DNA from: a virus | Lineage: Duplodnaviria; Caudoviricetes | Length of the DNA stretch: 56,094 nt | Virus record (IMG/VR): IMGVR_UViG_3300033145_000771 | Span: 1-56,094 of that record | Direction: 5' to 3' (one strand) | Part shown: piece by piece, positions 8,381 through 17,250 of the stretch | Layout: every line of letters begins with the position of its first letter | Numbering within the stretch: the stretch's first letter is position 1 | The notes under the pieces: model-generated | What the model was told of the DNA's origin: nothing | Databases searched by the model: none | The model's input: the letters and a program-made list of their open reading frames with translations, nothing else | Position numbers and translations under genes: made by a program

Positions 8381-11300
8381 TCATGCTGACACCGAACCTT
8401 TCTTTCTTGGTCTGTCTACGGTGTACAATATGTACCGTACAACGTCAAGCGTATGGTCGTTTTTCGCCAAAGGTAAATCTTTAGGATCCCTAGAGGCGGA
8501 GCCCTTTGGGTATTGGTACATGGCCATCTCCCGAGCTGTATTCCGGCAGGACTTAAAGATATATAAGCTCGGCTTCCCATTCGCCTTAACTTTGAGTTTA
8601 CTTTGTACAAGTTCAATACCACGAGCCACATCGTTTCGAGCTATCAGAGTAGGTATGCCGGCTTTGCGAAGCTCGCCTCTGTCCTCAGCATTTTCAGGGT
8701 CTGCGTAAGTTCCTTGATATTTCTCATTAGAACTTCTCGCTTTGATATTAGCAATATGCTCCTGAATGCCGGTTTTGGCTCTGTAATATTCGCGATATAC
8801 ATACCAGTTCTCATCCTTATCCTTAGCAAGCCACAGACAATTGCCACAAACCATCGGCCTGCCTCTACGCCTAACGACTAAAGTATTATACTTAGGAACT
8901 TCAACACAAAATATCATATCGTTATAATCTATTGACATGATTTTCATTTTTTGTACCGCAGCCAACTTAGCTTTGCAAATAGTAAGAATATAATAATCTC
9001 GCATTCCAGAATAACCTGCTGTCTTTGACGTTTTGATAGTCGTAGATTTTCCCAACAAAGCATAAACTTCCTGTAAATCATCTATTAGATTTTTACAAGT
9101 AGAAAAGTGCTGCATTCTATTTCTATCGCTTACTCCATCCCCCATCAAATGTCCTTTGACTAAGTTTTCTAATTCATCCCGACCCCAACTATAAATTTCT
9201 CTTGGAATATTCTTATTCTTATTCGGCGACCATTTTGTATTATTTAAGAACCAACTCCATAAATCTTTGCTTTGAATCCGATAATCTTTTACTCTATTAT
9301 CTGAGATTGCAGTTGTATATTTCCAACCGAGATTATTTAGTATTCTTTCCACTTCCTTACATTTTGTTTTTTGAGCAATTCTTACAAACCAACCGGCTTT
9401 ACCTTTAAGAAGCGATCCGTCAGCAAGCCATAATCCTACAAATTCAGCGAATGCGGTCTTATTTACAGGAGATAGAATGGTCTTAGAACGTTTTCCATGA
9501 GGTACTATAAAATCAACAGTCTTTTTGGCTGATATAGTGTTCCACCCTACAGGTATATCATAACAAGACAATTTTTCAGCAGGTACAAATTTCCATTTCT
9601 TTGGCTTTCTTCTATCTACAACCACCATCTTATGATTGGGCGTTACACAAAAGTTAGCACTTTCAACTCTAGGTGTACTAATTAACATTTTCCCTTTGTA
9701 TCGCTGTTTAATATATTTAACTGGTTTTTGATATTTTATTATTTTTGAAAGAGGATCTATAGTGGCAACTTTTTCTTTTTTATTAAGGTTAGCAAACAAT
9801 TTCCACCCTTCGTTAGTTAATATCTCTGTTTCTTTATCGTAGCAGACGAAAGGATTGGTAAAACCAAAATCAATACCTCGGTAGAGTGTCCAACCATCTG
9901 GAATCCTGAAAGGCTTTATAACATGTATCGAACGGTTGAAGTTTTTATATACAGCGCCATAATAGCTTGCGAACTTACCCTCAATACGAGTAGCCTGCAC
10001 TCCGTCCGGCCACTCAGCAATCATATTATCTATTCGTTGATCCTCTATAAACCCTCCTCGACTCTTCCTGTTATCGTTTAAGTTGAAATGAAATATTTCG
10101 TCTGTTGCGGGTAGTTCCTCTATTCTTTCTTCTAAAAAGGTTTGAGGCATAATAGGTGTCATGCTCCAACTGAGATAACCCTGATAAGTTATCAGTCGTG
10201 CTTGAGTTTCATGTAGTATGCCTTCGAAATCATGGAGACACTGTTCGTCGTAATGAGCAGATTTTATTGCTCTTCCCTGAAACAATGTTCGTCCCTGGTT
10301 GAATGCTTTGAACTCAATGGTATTGCCTGTATTTAAATATATTTTACGAGGCACTTTGTCCTGACCATAACGAATATCAATAATATGATGTTGAGGAATG
10401 AATTTCTGAAGATACTGTTCCCATAGAATATCTCGAACTTGTTCCCAGGTCTCAATTCCTACCCAATGAATTCCTTTAGCTTGCTTAAAAGGATGAATAT
10501 TGAGAGCTAACTGTGCGAGATCCATCATATTGGTATATGTTTTCCCGCTGTTGTGATGAATAACGCCACCTGACAAATAATTGTGATAAATAGGCACATT
10601 AAAATCCCAAATATCATCAAATCTCTTTACATCCAAACTAATTACCGCTATACTGTCATTTGATTTTAATTTAGGAGAATTACATGAAACGTAAGCATCC
10701 TGTTCGTGATCGTGGCCTACCACGGAAATGTTATGATTACCCAGTCGATTCAATCCGCCAATGGATTGCTGAGGGCAAAACTCAGGCATGGATTGGCAGT
10801 AAACTTGGAGTTGATGCAAAGTTAATTCATAAAGTTTGCAAAAAGCATGGCATAAAGTGCCAAAGAACCGGTCCGCGTTCCGGGCCTGAATGCCTATTTT
10901 GGAAAGGAGGTCGAATAATCGATAAAGACGGCTATGTCTCTGTCTATTGTCCGGGGCATCCTTATGCCAAAAAGCCAAACAAGAAGTATGTCCTTGAACA
11001 TCGCTTGATAATGGAACTTTCTCTTGGCCGTTACTTAAAGAGATACGAAATTGTCCATCACAAAAATGGGATAAGAAATGATAACCGTCTTGTAAATCTT
11101 GAGCTTTTTCATTCAAATGCAGAACATCTTCACAAGGAACTAAAGGGTCATTGCCCGAAATGGACGAAGGCTGGAAGAGAAAGGATGTTGGCTGGAGTTG
11201 TGAAATACTGGTCCAATTACAAAAAGAATCTAAAACCAAATGATTCGCCGAGCAAACAATAGATTGCCCATTTGACAGCTTGAGTTCATATAGCTGCGCC

Positions 11301-11572
11301 GGTGTTTTCTTAAATGGCTTATCTGCTTTTGCAATAACCTTCTTTTGTCCATCGAAAGCGTAAACATGAAATGGCTTATCTATGCTGGATACTTCTTTTT
11401 CTATTTTTTCTACAGGATCGTAAATCAATTGTTCTCCGCCTAAACACAAGTTGCCTCCGAACATCCATTGAATAGCGGCCTGCGATTTGAAATAAGCTCG
11501 TTGATCCTCGCTAAGAGGCTTATATAAAGCAATGTGTTTGCCTACTCGCTTTATTTGTTCCACACTAAGCAT
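8381..11572 (-). CDS. terL: Terminase large subunit with two inteins
   Basis: Spliced Walker A GGNL|SGKT, Walker B HYDEQ, SMTP, nuclease GIDFGFTNPFV|CLW, DHTLDVVRY. Confidence 0.95.
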   Translation of the reverse strand: MLSVEQIKRVGKHIALYKPLSEDQRAYFKSQAAIQWMFGGNLCLGGEQLIYDPVEKIEKEVSSIDKPFHVYAFDGQKKVIAKADKPFKKTPAQLYELKLSNGQSIVCSANHLVLDSFCNWTSISQLQPTSFLFQPSSISGNDPLVPCEDVLHLNEKAQDLQDGYHFLSHFCDGQFRISLSNGQEKVPLSSDVQGHTSCLAFWHKDAPDNRQRHSRLYRLFDLLSKIGIQARNADRFFGTLCHAFCKLYELTLHQLQVYCQSMPEFCPQQSIGGLNRLGNHNISVVGHDHEQDAYVSCNSPKLKSNDSIAVISLDVKRFDDIWDFNVPIYHNYLSGGVIHHNSGKTYTNMMDLAQLALNIHPFKQAKGIHWVGIETWEQVRDILWEQYLQKFIPQHHIIDIRYGQDKVPRKIYLNTGNTIEFKAFNQGRTLFQGRAIKSAHYDEQCLHDFEGILHETQARLITYQGYLSWSMTPIMPQTFLEERIEELPATDEIFHFNLNDNRKSRGGFIEDQRIDNMIAEWPDGVQATRIEGKFASYYGAVYKNFNRSIHVIKPFRIPDGWTLYRGIDFGFTNPFVCYDKETEILTNEGWKLFANLNKKEKVATIDPLSKIIKYQKPVKYIKQRYKGKMLISTPRVESANFCVTPNHKMVVVDRRKPKKWKFVPAEKLSCYDIPVGWNTISAKKTVDFIVPHGKRSKTILSPVNKTAFAEFVGLWLADGSLLKGKAGWFVRIAQKTKCKEVERILNNLGWKYTTAISDNRVKDYRIQSKDLWSWFLNNTKWSPNKNKNIPREIYSWGRDELENLVKGHLMGDGVSDRNRMQHFSTCKNLIDDLQEVYALLGKSTTIKTSKTAGYSGMRDYYILTICKAKLAAVQKMKIMSIDYNDMIFCVEVPKYNTLVVRRRGRPMVCGNCLWLAKDKDENWYVYREYYRAKTGIQEHIANIKARSSNEKYQGTYADPENAEDRGELRKAGIPTLIARNDVARGIELVQSKLKVKANGKPSLYIFKSCRNTAREMAMYQYPKGSASRDPKDLPLAKNDHTLDVVRYILYTVDRPRKKGSVSA
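8840..9844 (-). mobile_element. Terminase intein 2 (335 aa) with in-frame LAGLIDADG endonuclease
   Basis: CYDKETEILT...VTPNH...FVGLWLADGS...GHLMGDG...VCGN|C. Confidence 0.9.
10626..10654 (+). promoter_or_regulatory. Sigma70-like promoter for antisense HNH
   Basis: TTTACA(10626-10631)-17 nt-TATACT(10649-10654); AGGAG RBS at 10673-10677. Confidence 0.65.
10684..11262 (+). CDS. HTH + HNH endonuclease, antisense inside terminase intein 1
   Basis: WKGGR..DKDGY, YVLEHRLIME..LGR.L...EIVHHKNGIRNDNRLVNLEL. Confidence 0.9.
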   Translation: MKRKHPVRDRGLPRKCYDYPVDSIRQWIAEGKTQAWIGSKLGVDAKLIHKVCKKHGIKCQRTGPRSGPECLFWKGGRIIDKDGYVSVYCPGHPYAKKPNKKYVLEHRLIMELSLGRYLKRYEIVHHKNGIRNDNRLVNLELFHSNAEHLHKELKGHCPKWTKAGRERMLAGVVKYWSNYKKNLKPNDSPSKQ

Positions 11573-11915
11573 GATTCATTTTCAGCTCATCTTGAATTGC
11601 TTTAGCTTCTTCGTCGGACATTACAGCATGAGCAATTCCAAATTCACCGCTTACTGAACTAAGATCGGGTATGCGTTTTCGCATTACAGCAACTAAAATA
11701 GTTTTGTCTTCAAAAGCCTGCTCGACGAAATGCTCGGTTAAATTCATTCCTTTTCGCTTCTCGACTCTCGCGATAGCTTCTTCGAATTGAGCAATGGTTA
11801 TTCGATTACGGGTACCCTTTGGTCTGCCAGCAGGATTACCTGATTGCCCCTTCTGGAAGCGGTGTTTGTACTTAACAGAATTATCAGGCTTCTTTGTTTT
11901 TCCTTTTGTATCCAT
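11565..11915 (-). CDS. terS: Terminase small subunit (DUF5681-like)
   Basis: FQKGQSGNPAGRPKG; overlaps terL start. Confidence 0.8.
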   Translation of the reverse strand: MDTKGKTKKPDNSVKYKHRFQKGQSGNPAGRPKGTRNRITIAQFEEAIARVEKRKGMNLTEHFVEQAFEDKTILVAVMRKRIPDLSSVSGEFGIAHAVMSDEEAKAIQDELKMNHA

Positions 11916-12058
11916 ATTAGGCTCTATCTAAATCTACGTCCCGCCTAATCGGTTTGTTTGTTCTTCTGTACCTCATAATACTTCCTTTCGGTTTGGATTA
12001 TTCACCTATTTCCTGACAACCCCGATTAAAGACCAAAATCAACGGTACGTGTCAAGGA

Positions 12059-12087
12059 TCTATCCTACAACCTGGTTGTAGGATAGA
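12059..12087. repeat. Perfect inverted repeat with 14-bp arms
   Basis: TCTATCCTACAACC-T-GGTTGTAGGATAGA in the divergent intergenic region. Confidence 0.9.
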
Positions 12088-12455
12088 CCCCAATACAAGC
12101 CCAATATCCACGATTCGTACCAAAATTATTGCCAGATATTACCAAATCCACCATTTTTCCCACCTTGACAATACGCCGCTCTAAAAAACCTCGTTACGAG
12201 GCCAAAAATCCATGTTAACGTCACCACCATAACACAAACAACCTACAATATAAACTATCGGCATATAATGTCAAATCTAATTCCACTTTATTCCAGATAT
12301 GACGACTAACGCTATGACTGTTTCAGGGCTTGACGACCGTCGCCTCACTGATAAGTTGCATAAAACCAAGTGTCCACTTATAATTATCAAACTTTTATTT
12401 ATTTTTTATATCCTTGCTACGTCATGGGTTATGACTGTTTTAGGCACTTGGTCAT

Positions 12456-12483
12456 TTGCTATATGGGATTTTCTCCTTATACT
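12456..12483 (+). promoter_or_regulatory. Putative promoter of plus-strand block
   Basis: TTGCTA-16 nt-TATACT. Confidence 0.45.
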
Positions 12484-12602
12484 ATAGGTGTAAACTGTCG
12501 ATAAGGCATGAGTCATTGACAATTAACATTAGCATTTTCCGGCTTGTAGCTGGGAATAGCAGGGAGAATAGACCAATAAGTCTATTTTGAGAGGATAGTA
12601 AG

Positions 12603-12782
12603 ATGAGAGACAGAAGCAAAGACGGTTATATGTTTTTGGTGGCGTTTGCCGCCGGGTTCCTGATGGGGCTGATTATGCTCTTGCAGGGATGCGGAACCGC
12701 AAAAGGTGTGTGCGGGGACGCTGAGTATTTCTTTCATGGCGCCGGAACGTTGGCCGGTGATATGGAGGATGCATACAAGTAA
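12603..12782 (+). CDS. Small lipoprotein, entericidin-like (59 aa; not in ORF track)
   Basis: GAGGA RBS; hydrophobic stretch, lipobox LQG-C, then GTAKGVCGD. Confidence 0.55.
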   Translation: MRDRSKDGYMFLVAFAAGFLMGLIMLLQGCGTAKGVCGDAEYFFHGAGTLAGDMEDAYK

Positions 12783-12871
12783 TGTTTTCAAGCTCTGGCC
12801 CTTCGGCTCGTGGTCGGGGGGCCAGGCTTTATTAGCTGTAACTATTAACTCAAACTGAAAGGAGAATTACG

Positions 12872-13213
12872 ATGGGATTAGGCTTTACAAGAGGAAATGC
12901 ACATTGGAGTTATGGTGGTTTTATGACTTTTAGGCGCAGGCTGGCCGAGAGCATTGGCTTCGTTCTTGGCGATATGTATGGATTCGGCGGCGACATACAA
13001 TTTTGCACTATCAACGATCCGATTGTGCCCCTGTTAGATCACAGCGATTGCGAAGGCTTGTTGACTGCCGAGCAATGCCAGACAATTGCGCCAAGACTTG
13101 CTGAGATCGTCAAGGATTGGCCAGACGATGATTACGATAAGATCAATGCTCTTGAGCTTGTCGAAGGAATGAAACAAGCTGTCGAGGACGATACTAGCCT
13201 TATATTTTGTTAG
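12872..13213 (+). CDS. Hypothetical phage protein
   Basis: AAGGAG RBS; WSYGGF..FRRRLA, LLDHSDCEG. Confidence 0.75.
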   Translation: MGLGFTRGNAHWSYGGFMTFRRRLAESIGFVLGDMYGFGGDIQFCTINDPIVPLLDHSDCEGLLTAEQCQTIAPRLAEIVKDWPDDDYDKINALELVEGMKQAVEDDTSLIFC

Positions 13214-13312
13214 ATAGTTGCCAAGAACGTGAGCAAACGCCGGACTAATAGCCCCGCATCTGGAAGTTAACGGCTTAGGTAAGGAGTTAGGCTTTTATGA
13301 AAGGATAGGATT

Positions 13313-13534
13313 ATGAAATATTTAGTAGCACAGTGGAGGCCAGAAGAATCTCATTATAATATGGCCCTGTATGTTGTTATTTCAAATCATCCCCGCTTTG
13401 TCGAAGGTTCAAGGTTTGACTTCGGATTCCTGAACATTGCGTCTTGTGAGGGATACACGATTACAATCCTGCCGTCAGAGCAGACAATTGACAAGCGGAT
13501 AAAGGACGGCCATTTCAAAGTGGAGAAAGGATAG
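13313..13534 (+). CDS. Hypothetical protein
   Basis: RBS; tightly packed. Confidence 0.65.
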   Translation: MKYLVAQWRPEESHYNMALYVVISNHPRFVEGSRFDFGFLNIASCEGYTITILPSEQTIDKRIKDGHFKVEKG

Positions 13535-13538
13535 GACT

Positions 13539-13784
13539 ATGGGAGCAGAATATTTTCTACCAACAGGCGTAATATGCCCCGTTTGCCACAAAGAAATTAG
13601 CTCTAACGATATTATCGACTTGAGTCTTATTAAAAAGGCAAACTCTCAGCCGGAACTGTTGGAAGAATTAAAGACGATGACAGCATTAACCAGAATCAAA
13701 TATGGCAATTTGGAGTCAGACGTCTATGTAGAGATTAAGAAAGCCGAAGCTATTATCGCCAATTGCGAGAAAGTAAAGCCATGA
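13539..13784 (+). CDS. Hypothetical protein
   Basis: RBS; C-x2-C. Confidence 0.65.
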   Translation: MGAEYFLPTGVICPVCHKEISSNDIIDLSLIKKANSQPELLEELKTMTALTRIKYGNLESDVYVEIKKAEAIIANCEKVKP

Positions 13785-14047
13785 AAACTATTACCTTATT
13801 GCTATTGCTGCTGATAACAGGGTGTATGACGATAGAAAAACAGCGAGGGGAGCAAGCAAAGGCTGAATGGGTTAGACGACATAGAGAGAAAGAATCAGCA
13901 TGGAAACGTCAATGCGATAAAGCCATAATGGATGTATTGAGTAAGATAATACAAAAGAATACGCCTGAGCATAAACAAGCCATAAGAGAATATGAAGCAG
14001 CTATTGAGGCAAAAACAGACGTTGCGAGAAAGGTTAGCCCGTATTAA
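13781..14047 (+). CDS. Putative lipoprotein
   Basis: MKTITLLLLLLITG-C lipobox; ATGA overlap. Confidence 0.65.
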   Translation: MKTITLLLLLLITGCMTIEKQRGEQAKAEWVRRHREKESAWKRQCDKAIMDVLSKIIQKNTPEHKQAIREYEAAIEAKTDVARKVSPY

Positions 14048-14064
14048 GGGCGGAAAGGAATAAC

Positions 14065-14289
14065 ATGAATGTGGGATTAGCTCAATTGGAAATATGTGGT
14101 AGATTGGTACATCTCGGCGATTACGTTATTGTGGAATATACAAGCGGCGTTAGGATAAAAGGTAGCCGAATCAAAGGCCGTATTAAAAAATTATGGAGTT
14201 TGGAACATGGCGATGGCGTCAAGCAGGCCCAACTGGATAGTGGCTGGTGTTTCCATGAAGGCGATAAAATTATAACGCATTCAGATTAG
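14065..14289 (+). CDS. Hypothetical protein
   Basis: RBS within boundary repeat. Confidence 0.65.
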   Translation: MNVGLAQLEICGRLVHLGDYVIVEYTSGVRIKGSRIKGRIKKLWSLEHGDGVKQAQLDSGWCFHEGDKIITHSD

Positions 14290-14303
14290 CGGAAAGGAAT
14301 AAC

Positions 14304-14564
14304 ATGAATAAGTGCACACACGAACAAGGCAAATACTGTCGGCATAATTTAAGGGGTAAATGCCATTACGGAGCCGACGAGAGCCTAAAACAGCACACAA
14401 GGTGTCTCTATGACGGCTACTCGGCAATATCCGGAACAAGCTATTACGACAAAAAGGAACAGAAGAACATGGAGCTGGTTGATGCCTGGCTGTGGGCTAT
14501 CGGAATAATCGTCCTGTTGGTTATTGGCTGGCGACTGATTGTATATCTATGGGGGGTACTATGA
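14304..14564 (+). CDS. Hypothetical membrane protein
   Basis: Cys/His N-terminus; C-terminal TM; paralogous to 16499-16630. Confidence 0.65.
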   Translation: MNKCTHEQGKYCRHNLRGKCHYGADESLKQHTRCLYDGYSAISGTSYYDKKEQKNMELVDAWLWAIGIIVLLVIGWRLIVYLWGVL

Positions 14565-14725
14565 GAGGCTTAACGTATTGGAAAGCCCGTAAGATTGACC
14601 TGCGAGAAATCCTAAAGACAATTGATAGGCGGAGTAGTTATTATGGTGAAATCCAGCAAGCGTATCTGTACGCTGTGAAAAAGGTAATTGCAGGCGAGAA
14701 ACATTTGAAGGTGAGGATATACTAA
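14561..14725 (+). CDS. Hypothetical protein (MRGLTYW...)
   Basis: ATGA overlap upstream, TAATG overlap downstream. Confidence 0.55.
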   Translation: MRGLTYWKARKIDLREILKTIDRRSSYYGEIQQAYLYAVKKVIAGEKHLKVRIY

Positions 14726-14877
14726 TGACTTGGAAAGAATTTAAGGCTAAGGTTGAAGCCGAAGGTGCAAAAGATGATATGGTAATAGGGTGGATTAACG
14801 TTTCTGGATGCGATTGTCCCGAACTGGACGAATTAGACATTTTTGTTGAGGATAATGAGTTAATGATCCAAATGTAA
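14725..14877 (+). CDS. Hypothetical 50-aa protein (MTWKEFKAKVE...)
   Basis: GAGGA RBS; TAATG coupling. Confidence 0.55.
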   Translation: MTWKEFKAKVEAEGAKDDMVIGWINVSGCDCPELDELDIFVEDNELMIQM

Positions 14878-14911
14878 CATATATCCCATAAGGGTAGAAA
14901 GAAGGTGAAAC

Positions 14912-15094
14912 ATGGGTAGGGAGTATTTATTGGATGAAGAAAGAATAGAGTGGACAGAGCTTATAAAAAGAGCAAAAGAGATAGACGAGGATTTCGGGAA
15001 CCAGTTCTACCAATCTACATCACAGGCCGCTCAAATTCTCCGCGACCACGGCCACGAGGTTAGCGATGTTTGGCCCATAAGGGCGGAAAGATAG
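14912..15094 (+). CDS. Hypothetical protein
   Basis: Between two boundary repeats. Confidence 0.6.
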   Translation: MGREYLLDEERIEWTELIKRAKEIDEDFGNQFYQSTSQAAQILRDHGHEVSDVWPIRAER

Positions 15095-15097
15095 ATA

Positions 15098-15175
15098 ATG
15101 AACGTATGTAAAGACTGTGGTGGGCCTTGTATACAGGGCTATTGCTGTACTCGTTGCAAATCAAATAACCCATAA
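15098..15175 (+). CDS. 25-aa Cys-rich microprotein
   Basis: MNVCKDCGGPCIQGYCCTRCKSNNP; stop supplied by boundary repeat. Confidence 0.4.
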   Translation: MNVCKDCGGPCIQGYCCTRCKSNNP

Positions 15176-15229
15176 GGGCAGAAAGTTAGCTTTGAACTGG
15201 GGCGTTAAAAATCTGAAAGTGAGGATATT

Positions 15230-16000
15230 ATGACCGGCGAGTTAAGAGTAGCAATAGAATCCGACAAAGTTCTTAGCGATACATGGCCAATGATGAAATT
15301 GGTGGGTTACCGTGGAAGCATAGCACATGGAACAGCGGGCGATATAATCGACGACATAGATATTTGTGGCGTTTTCATTTCTAAGCCCAGTCACTATTTT
15401 GGGCTACACCAATTTGAGCATATTGAACGGATTGGGGTTGTTGATAAGTACGATTTTGCCTTATTTGAAATACGTAAATATTTCAAGCTCCTTTTGAAAT
15501 CCAATCCAAACGTCCTGTCGCTTTTGTGGCTGCCCCAGAACCTGTATATTGTCCAGGCTGATTGGGGTCACTGTCTCATAGAAAATAGACAGATATTTAT
15601 GAGCAAGGTTCTATATAAGAGTTTTGGCGGTTATGCTTATGGCCAGTTAAAGCGCATGACGCATAGCTGTACGTCACAGGCATACCAGGGAGCAAGGCGC
15701 AAAGAACGATTTGAGAAATTTGGATATGACTGCAAAAACGCAGCTCACTTAATCAGGTTGTTAAGAATGGGTATAGAGGCATTGACGACGGGCGAAATCA
15801 ACGTAACAAGACATGACGCGAAACAGTTAAAGGAAATAAAGTCTGGCCAATGGAAGCTGGAACAGGTGGAAACCGAAGCTAATAGACTGCAAATATTACT
15901 GGACGAAGCTTTTGTTCGCAGCAAACTACCAAACAAGCCGGACTACAAAAAGGCCGAAGGCATTCTAATTGACATTTTGAAAAAGGAATTACTTGCTTAG
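15230..16000 (+). CDS. Pol-beta superfamily nucleotidyltransferase (RlaP/YcgL-like)
   Basis: GSIAHG..D.D.D, KSNPNVLSLL, GYAYGQL, GYDCKNAAHLIRLL. Confidence 0.85.
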   Translation: MTGELRVAIESDKVLSDTWPMMKLVGYRGSIAHGTAGDIIDDIDICGVFISKPSHYFGLHQFEHIERIGVVDKYDFALFEIRKYFKLLLKSNPNVLSLLWLPQNLYIVQADWGHCLIENRQIFMSKVLYKSFGGYAYGQLKRMTHSCTSQAYQGARRKERFEKFGYDCKNAAHLIRLLRMGIEALTTGEINVTRHDAKQLKEIKSGQWKLEQVETEANRLQILLDEAFVRSKLPNKPDYKKAEGILIDILKKELLA

Positions 16001-16027
16001 CCCATAAGGGCGGAAAGAAGATGTAAA

Positions 16028-16279
16028 ATGAGTATTAACACCGGTTTAATTAAGCTTACGCAAATCGATTCGGGCTTGCCATGTTTTATCAGGGCAACAG
16101 ACATAGTCGCGATAGTAGAGCTTGAGGAGATAATTAATAGGGTGGACTGTCCTAAACGAACGCGAATAGACACTAAGGACTATGCGGGCATAGTTCTCGT
16201 TAAGGAAACTGCGAACTATATAAATGTTCAAATAGCAACTATAACGGCCATCGCCGAGCAGAAAGAAGGTGTAAAATGA
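16028..16279 (+). CDS. Hypothetical protein
   Basis: Follows boundary repeat. Confidence 0.6.
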   Translation: MSINTGLIKLTQIDSGLPCFIRATDIVAIVELEEIINRVDCPKRTRIDTKDYAGIVLVKETANYINVQIATITAIAEQKEGVK

Positions 16280-16536
16280 AAACGGAAATTATTCGCGTGC
16301 AAGGCGTTTATCCGTTAGCGCCCGAAGATACGAATAGCGCAATGCTTACTTCGTGTTGTGGAGCTGCAATTTGTGACAGTGAAGGGCGTTGCCCTCGATG
16401 CAATAAGAATGTAATTGGATGGGACGCAGAAACAAATCACGAACGCTACAGAATACGTTGGTCTTATGCTACTGCCCATTGGAACAGAAGGAAGCCATAT
16501 GAACTATTACGACAGGCAGGAACAGAAAAACATTGA
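16276..16536 (+). CDS. Hypothetical Zn-binding protein
   Basis: SCCG...CPRC. Confidence 0.6.
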   Translation: MKTEIIRVQGVYPLAPEDTNSAMLTSCCGAAICDSEGRCPRCNKNVIGWDAETNHERYRIRWSYATAHWNRRKPYELLRQAGTEKH

Positions 16537-16630
16537 ACTGGTCGAAACGTGGGCACTGGCCCTTTTTTACGCCGCTGTCATTGCGTTCTGTGGTGGCTGT
16601 TGGTACGGGCTTTACAAACTTTCCAATTAG
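16499..16630 (+). CDS. Small membrane protein
   Basis: MNYYDRQEQKNIELVETW + TM; paralogue of C-terminus of 14304-14564. Confidence 0.5.
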   Translation: MNYYDRQEQKNIELVETWALALFYAAVIAFCGGCWYGLYKLSN

Positions 16631-16663
16631 GTCAACAAATGCATAGGCTGAAAGAAGGAGTAA

Positions 16664-17248
16664 ATGATTATGGAAATCAAGGTTTACATCCAAAAAATTA
16701 AAGAGCTTGGCGCGTGCGGTGAGGCACTGAAAGAAGCACTGGCGTATGAGACATCGGAAGAACTATGGGCCAATTGCAAACGTGGCGATTGGATGCTTTG
16801 GCTCGTCGGCAGATTGTCAGGAGCGGCTGGTTGTGAAAAACGAAAACAGTTGGCGCTTACTTCTTGCAAATGCGCCAGACTTTCTTTGCGATATATTCCG
16901 CAAAATGAATTACGGCCTTTGAAAGCCATTGAAACGGCCGAGCAATGGGCAAGGGGAGAAAATAGCGTGACCCTTAAAGACGTGCGAGCTGCTGCTGCTG
17001 CCGCTGCTTATGATACTGTTGCTGCTGCTGCTGCTTATGCTTCTGCTGCTGCTTATTCTGCTGCTGCTTATTCTGCTGCTGCTGCTTATTCTGCTGCTGC
17101 TTATGCTGCTTATGCTTCTGCTGCTGCCGCCGCTGCTTCGGATGCTGATGCTTATGCTGCTGCTGCTGATGCAAAGATCCTATCTCAATGTGCAGATATA
17201 GTCAGGGCGGACTATCTAGATGTTGATGATTTATGGAAAGAAGAATGA
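16664..17248 (+). CDS. Hypothetical protein with Ala/Tyr-rich repeat tract
   Basis: AAGGAG RBS; RGDWMLW, RPLKAIETAEQW, AAAY repeats. Confidence 0.75.
   Translation: MIMEIKVYIQKIKELGACGEALKEALAYETSEELWANCKRGDWMLWLVGRLSGAAGCEKRKQLALTSCKCARLSLRYIPQNELRPLKAIETAEQWARGENSVTLKDVRAAAAAAAYDTVAAAAAYASAAAYSAAAYSAAAAYSAAAYAAYASAAAAAASDADAYAAAADAKILSQCADIVRADYLDVDDLWKEE
16987..17172 (+). repeat. GCT-rich coding microsatellite
   Basis: (GCT)n with TAT/TCT interruptions. Confidence 0.85.
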
Positions 17249-17250
17249 TT

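Larger units (their letters stand above)
10550..11446 (-). mobile_element. Terminase intein 1 (299 aa) in Walker A; no in-frame endonuclease
   Basis: CLGGEQLI...CSANH...IWDFNVP.YHNYLSGGVIHHN|S. Confidence 0.9.
14045..16666 (+). repeat. Dispersed gene-boundary repeat CCCATAAGGGCGGAAAG and variants
   Basis: Copies at 14045, 14289, 14885, 15074, 15169, 16001; partial at 16259, 16642. Confidence 0.85.

Noticed and set aside
9202-9408. Antisense ORF in terminase intein 2
   Set aside because: Short and motif-free; this intein has an in-frame LAGLIDADG
12490-13312. tRNA or known ncRNA in intergenic gaps
   Set aside because: No cloverleaf or T-loop consensus visible
14045-16030. Boundary repeats as a CRISPR array or integron attC sites
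   Set aside because: Spacing is gene-sized and irregular; no cas cluster, integron integrase or attC-like structure
16974-17201. Poly-Gln (minus) and poly-Leu (plus) ORFs
   Set aside because: Shadow frames of the GCT-rich Ala tract
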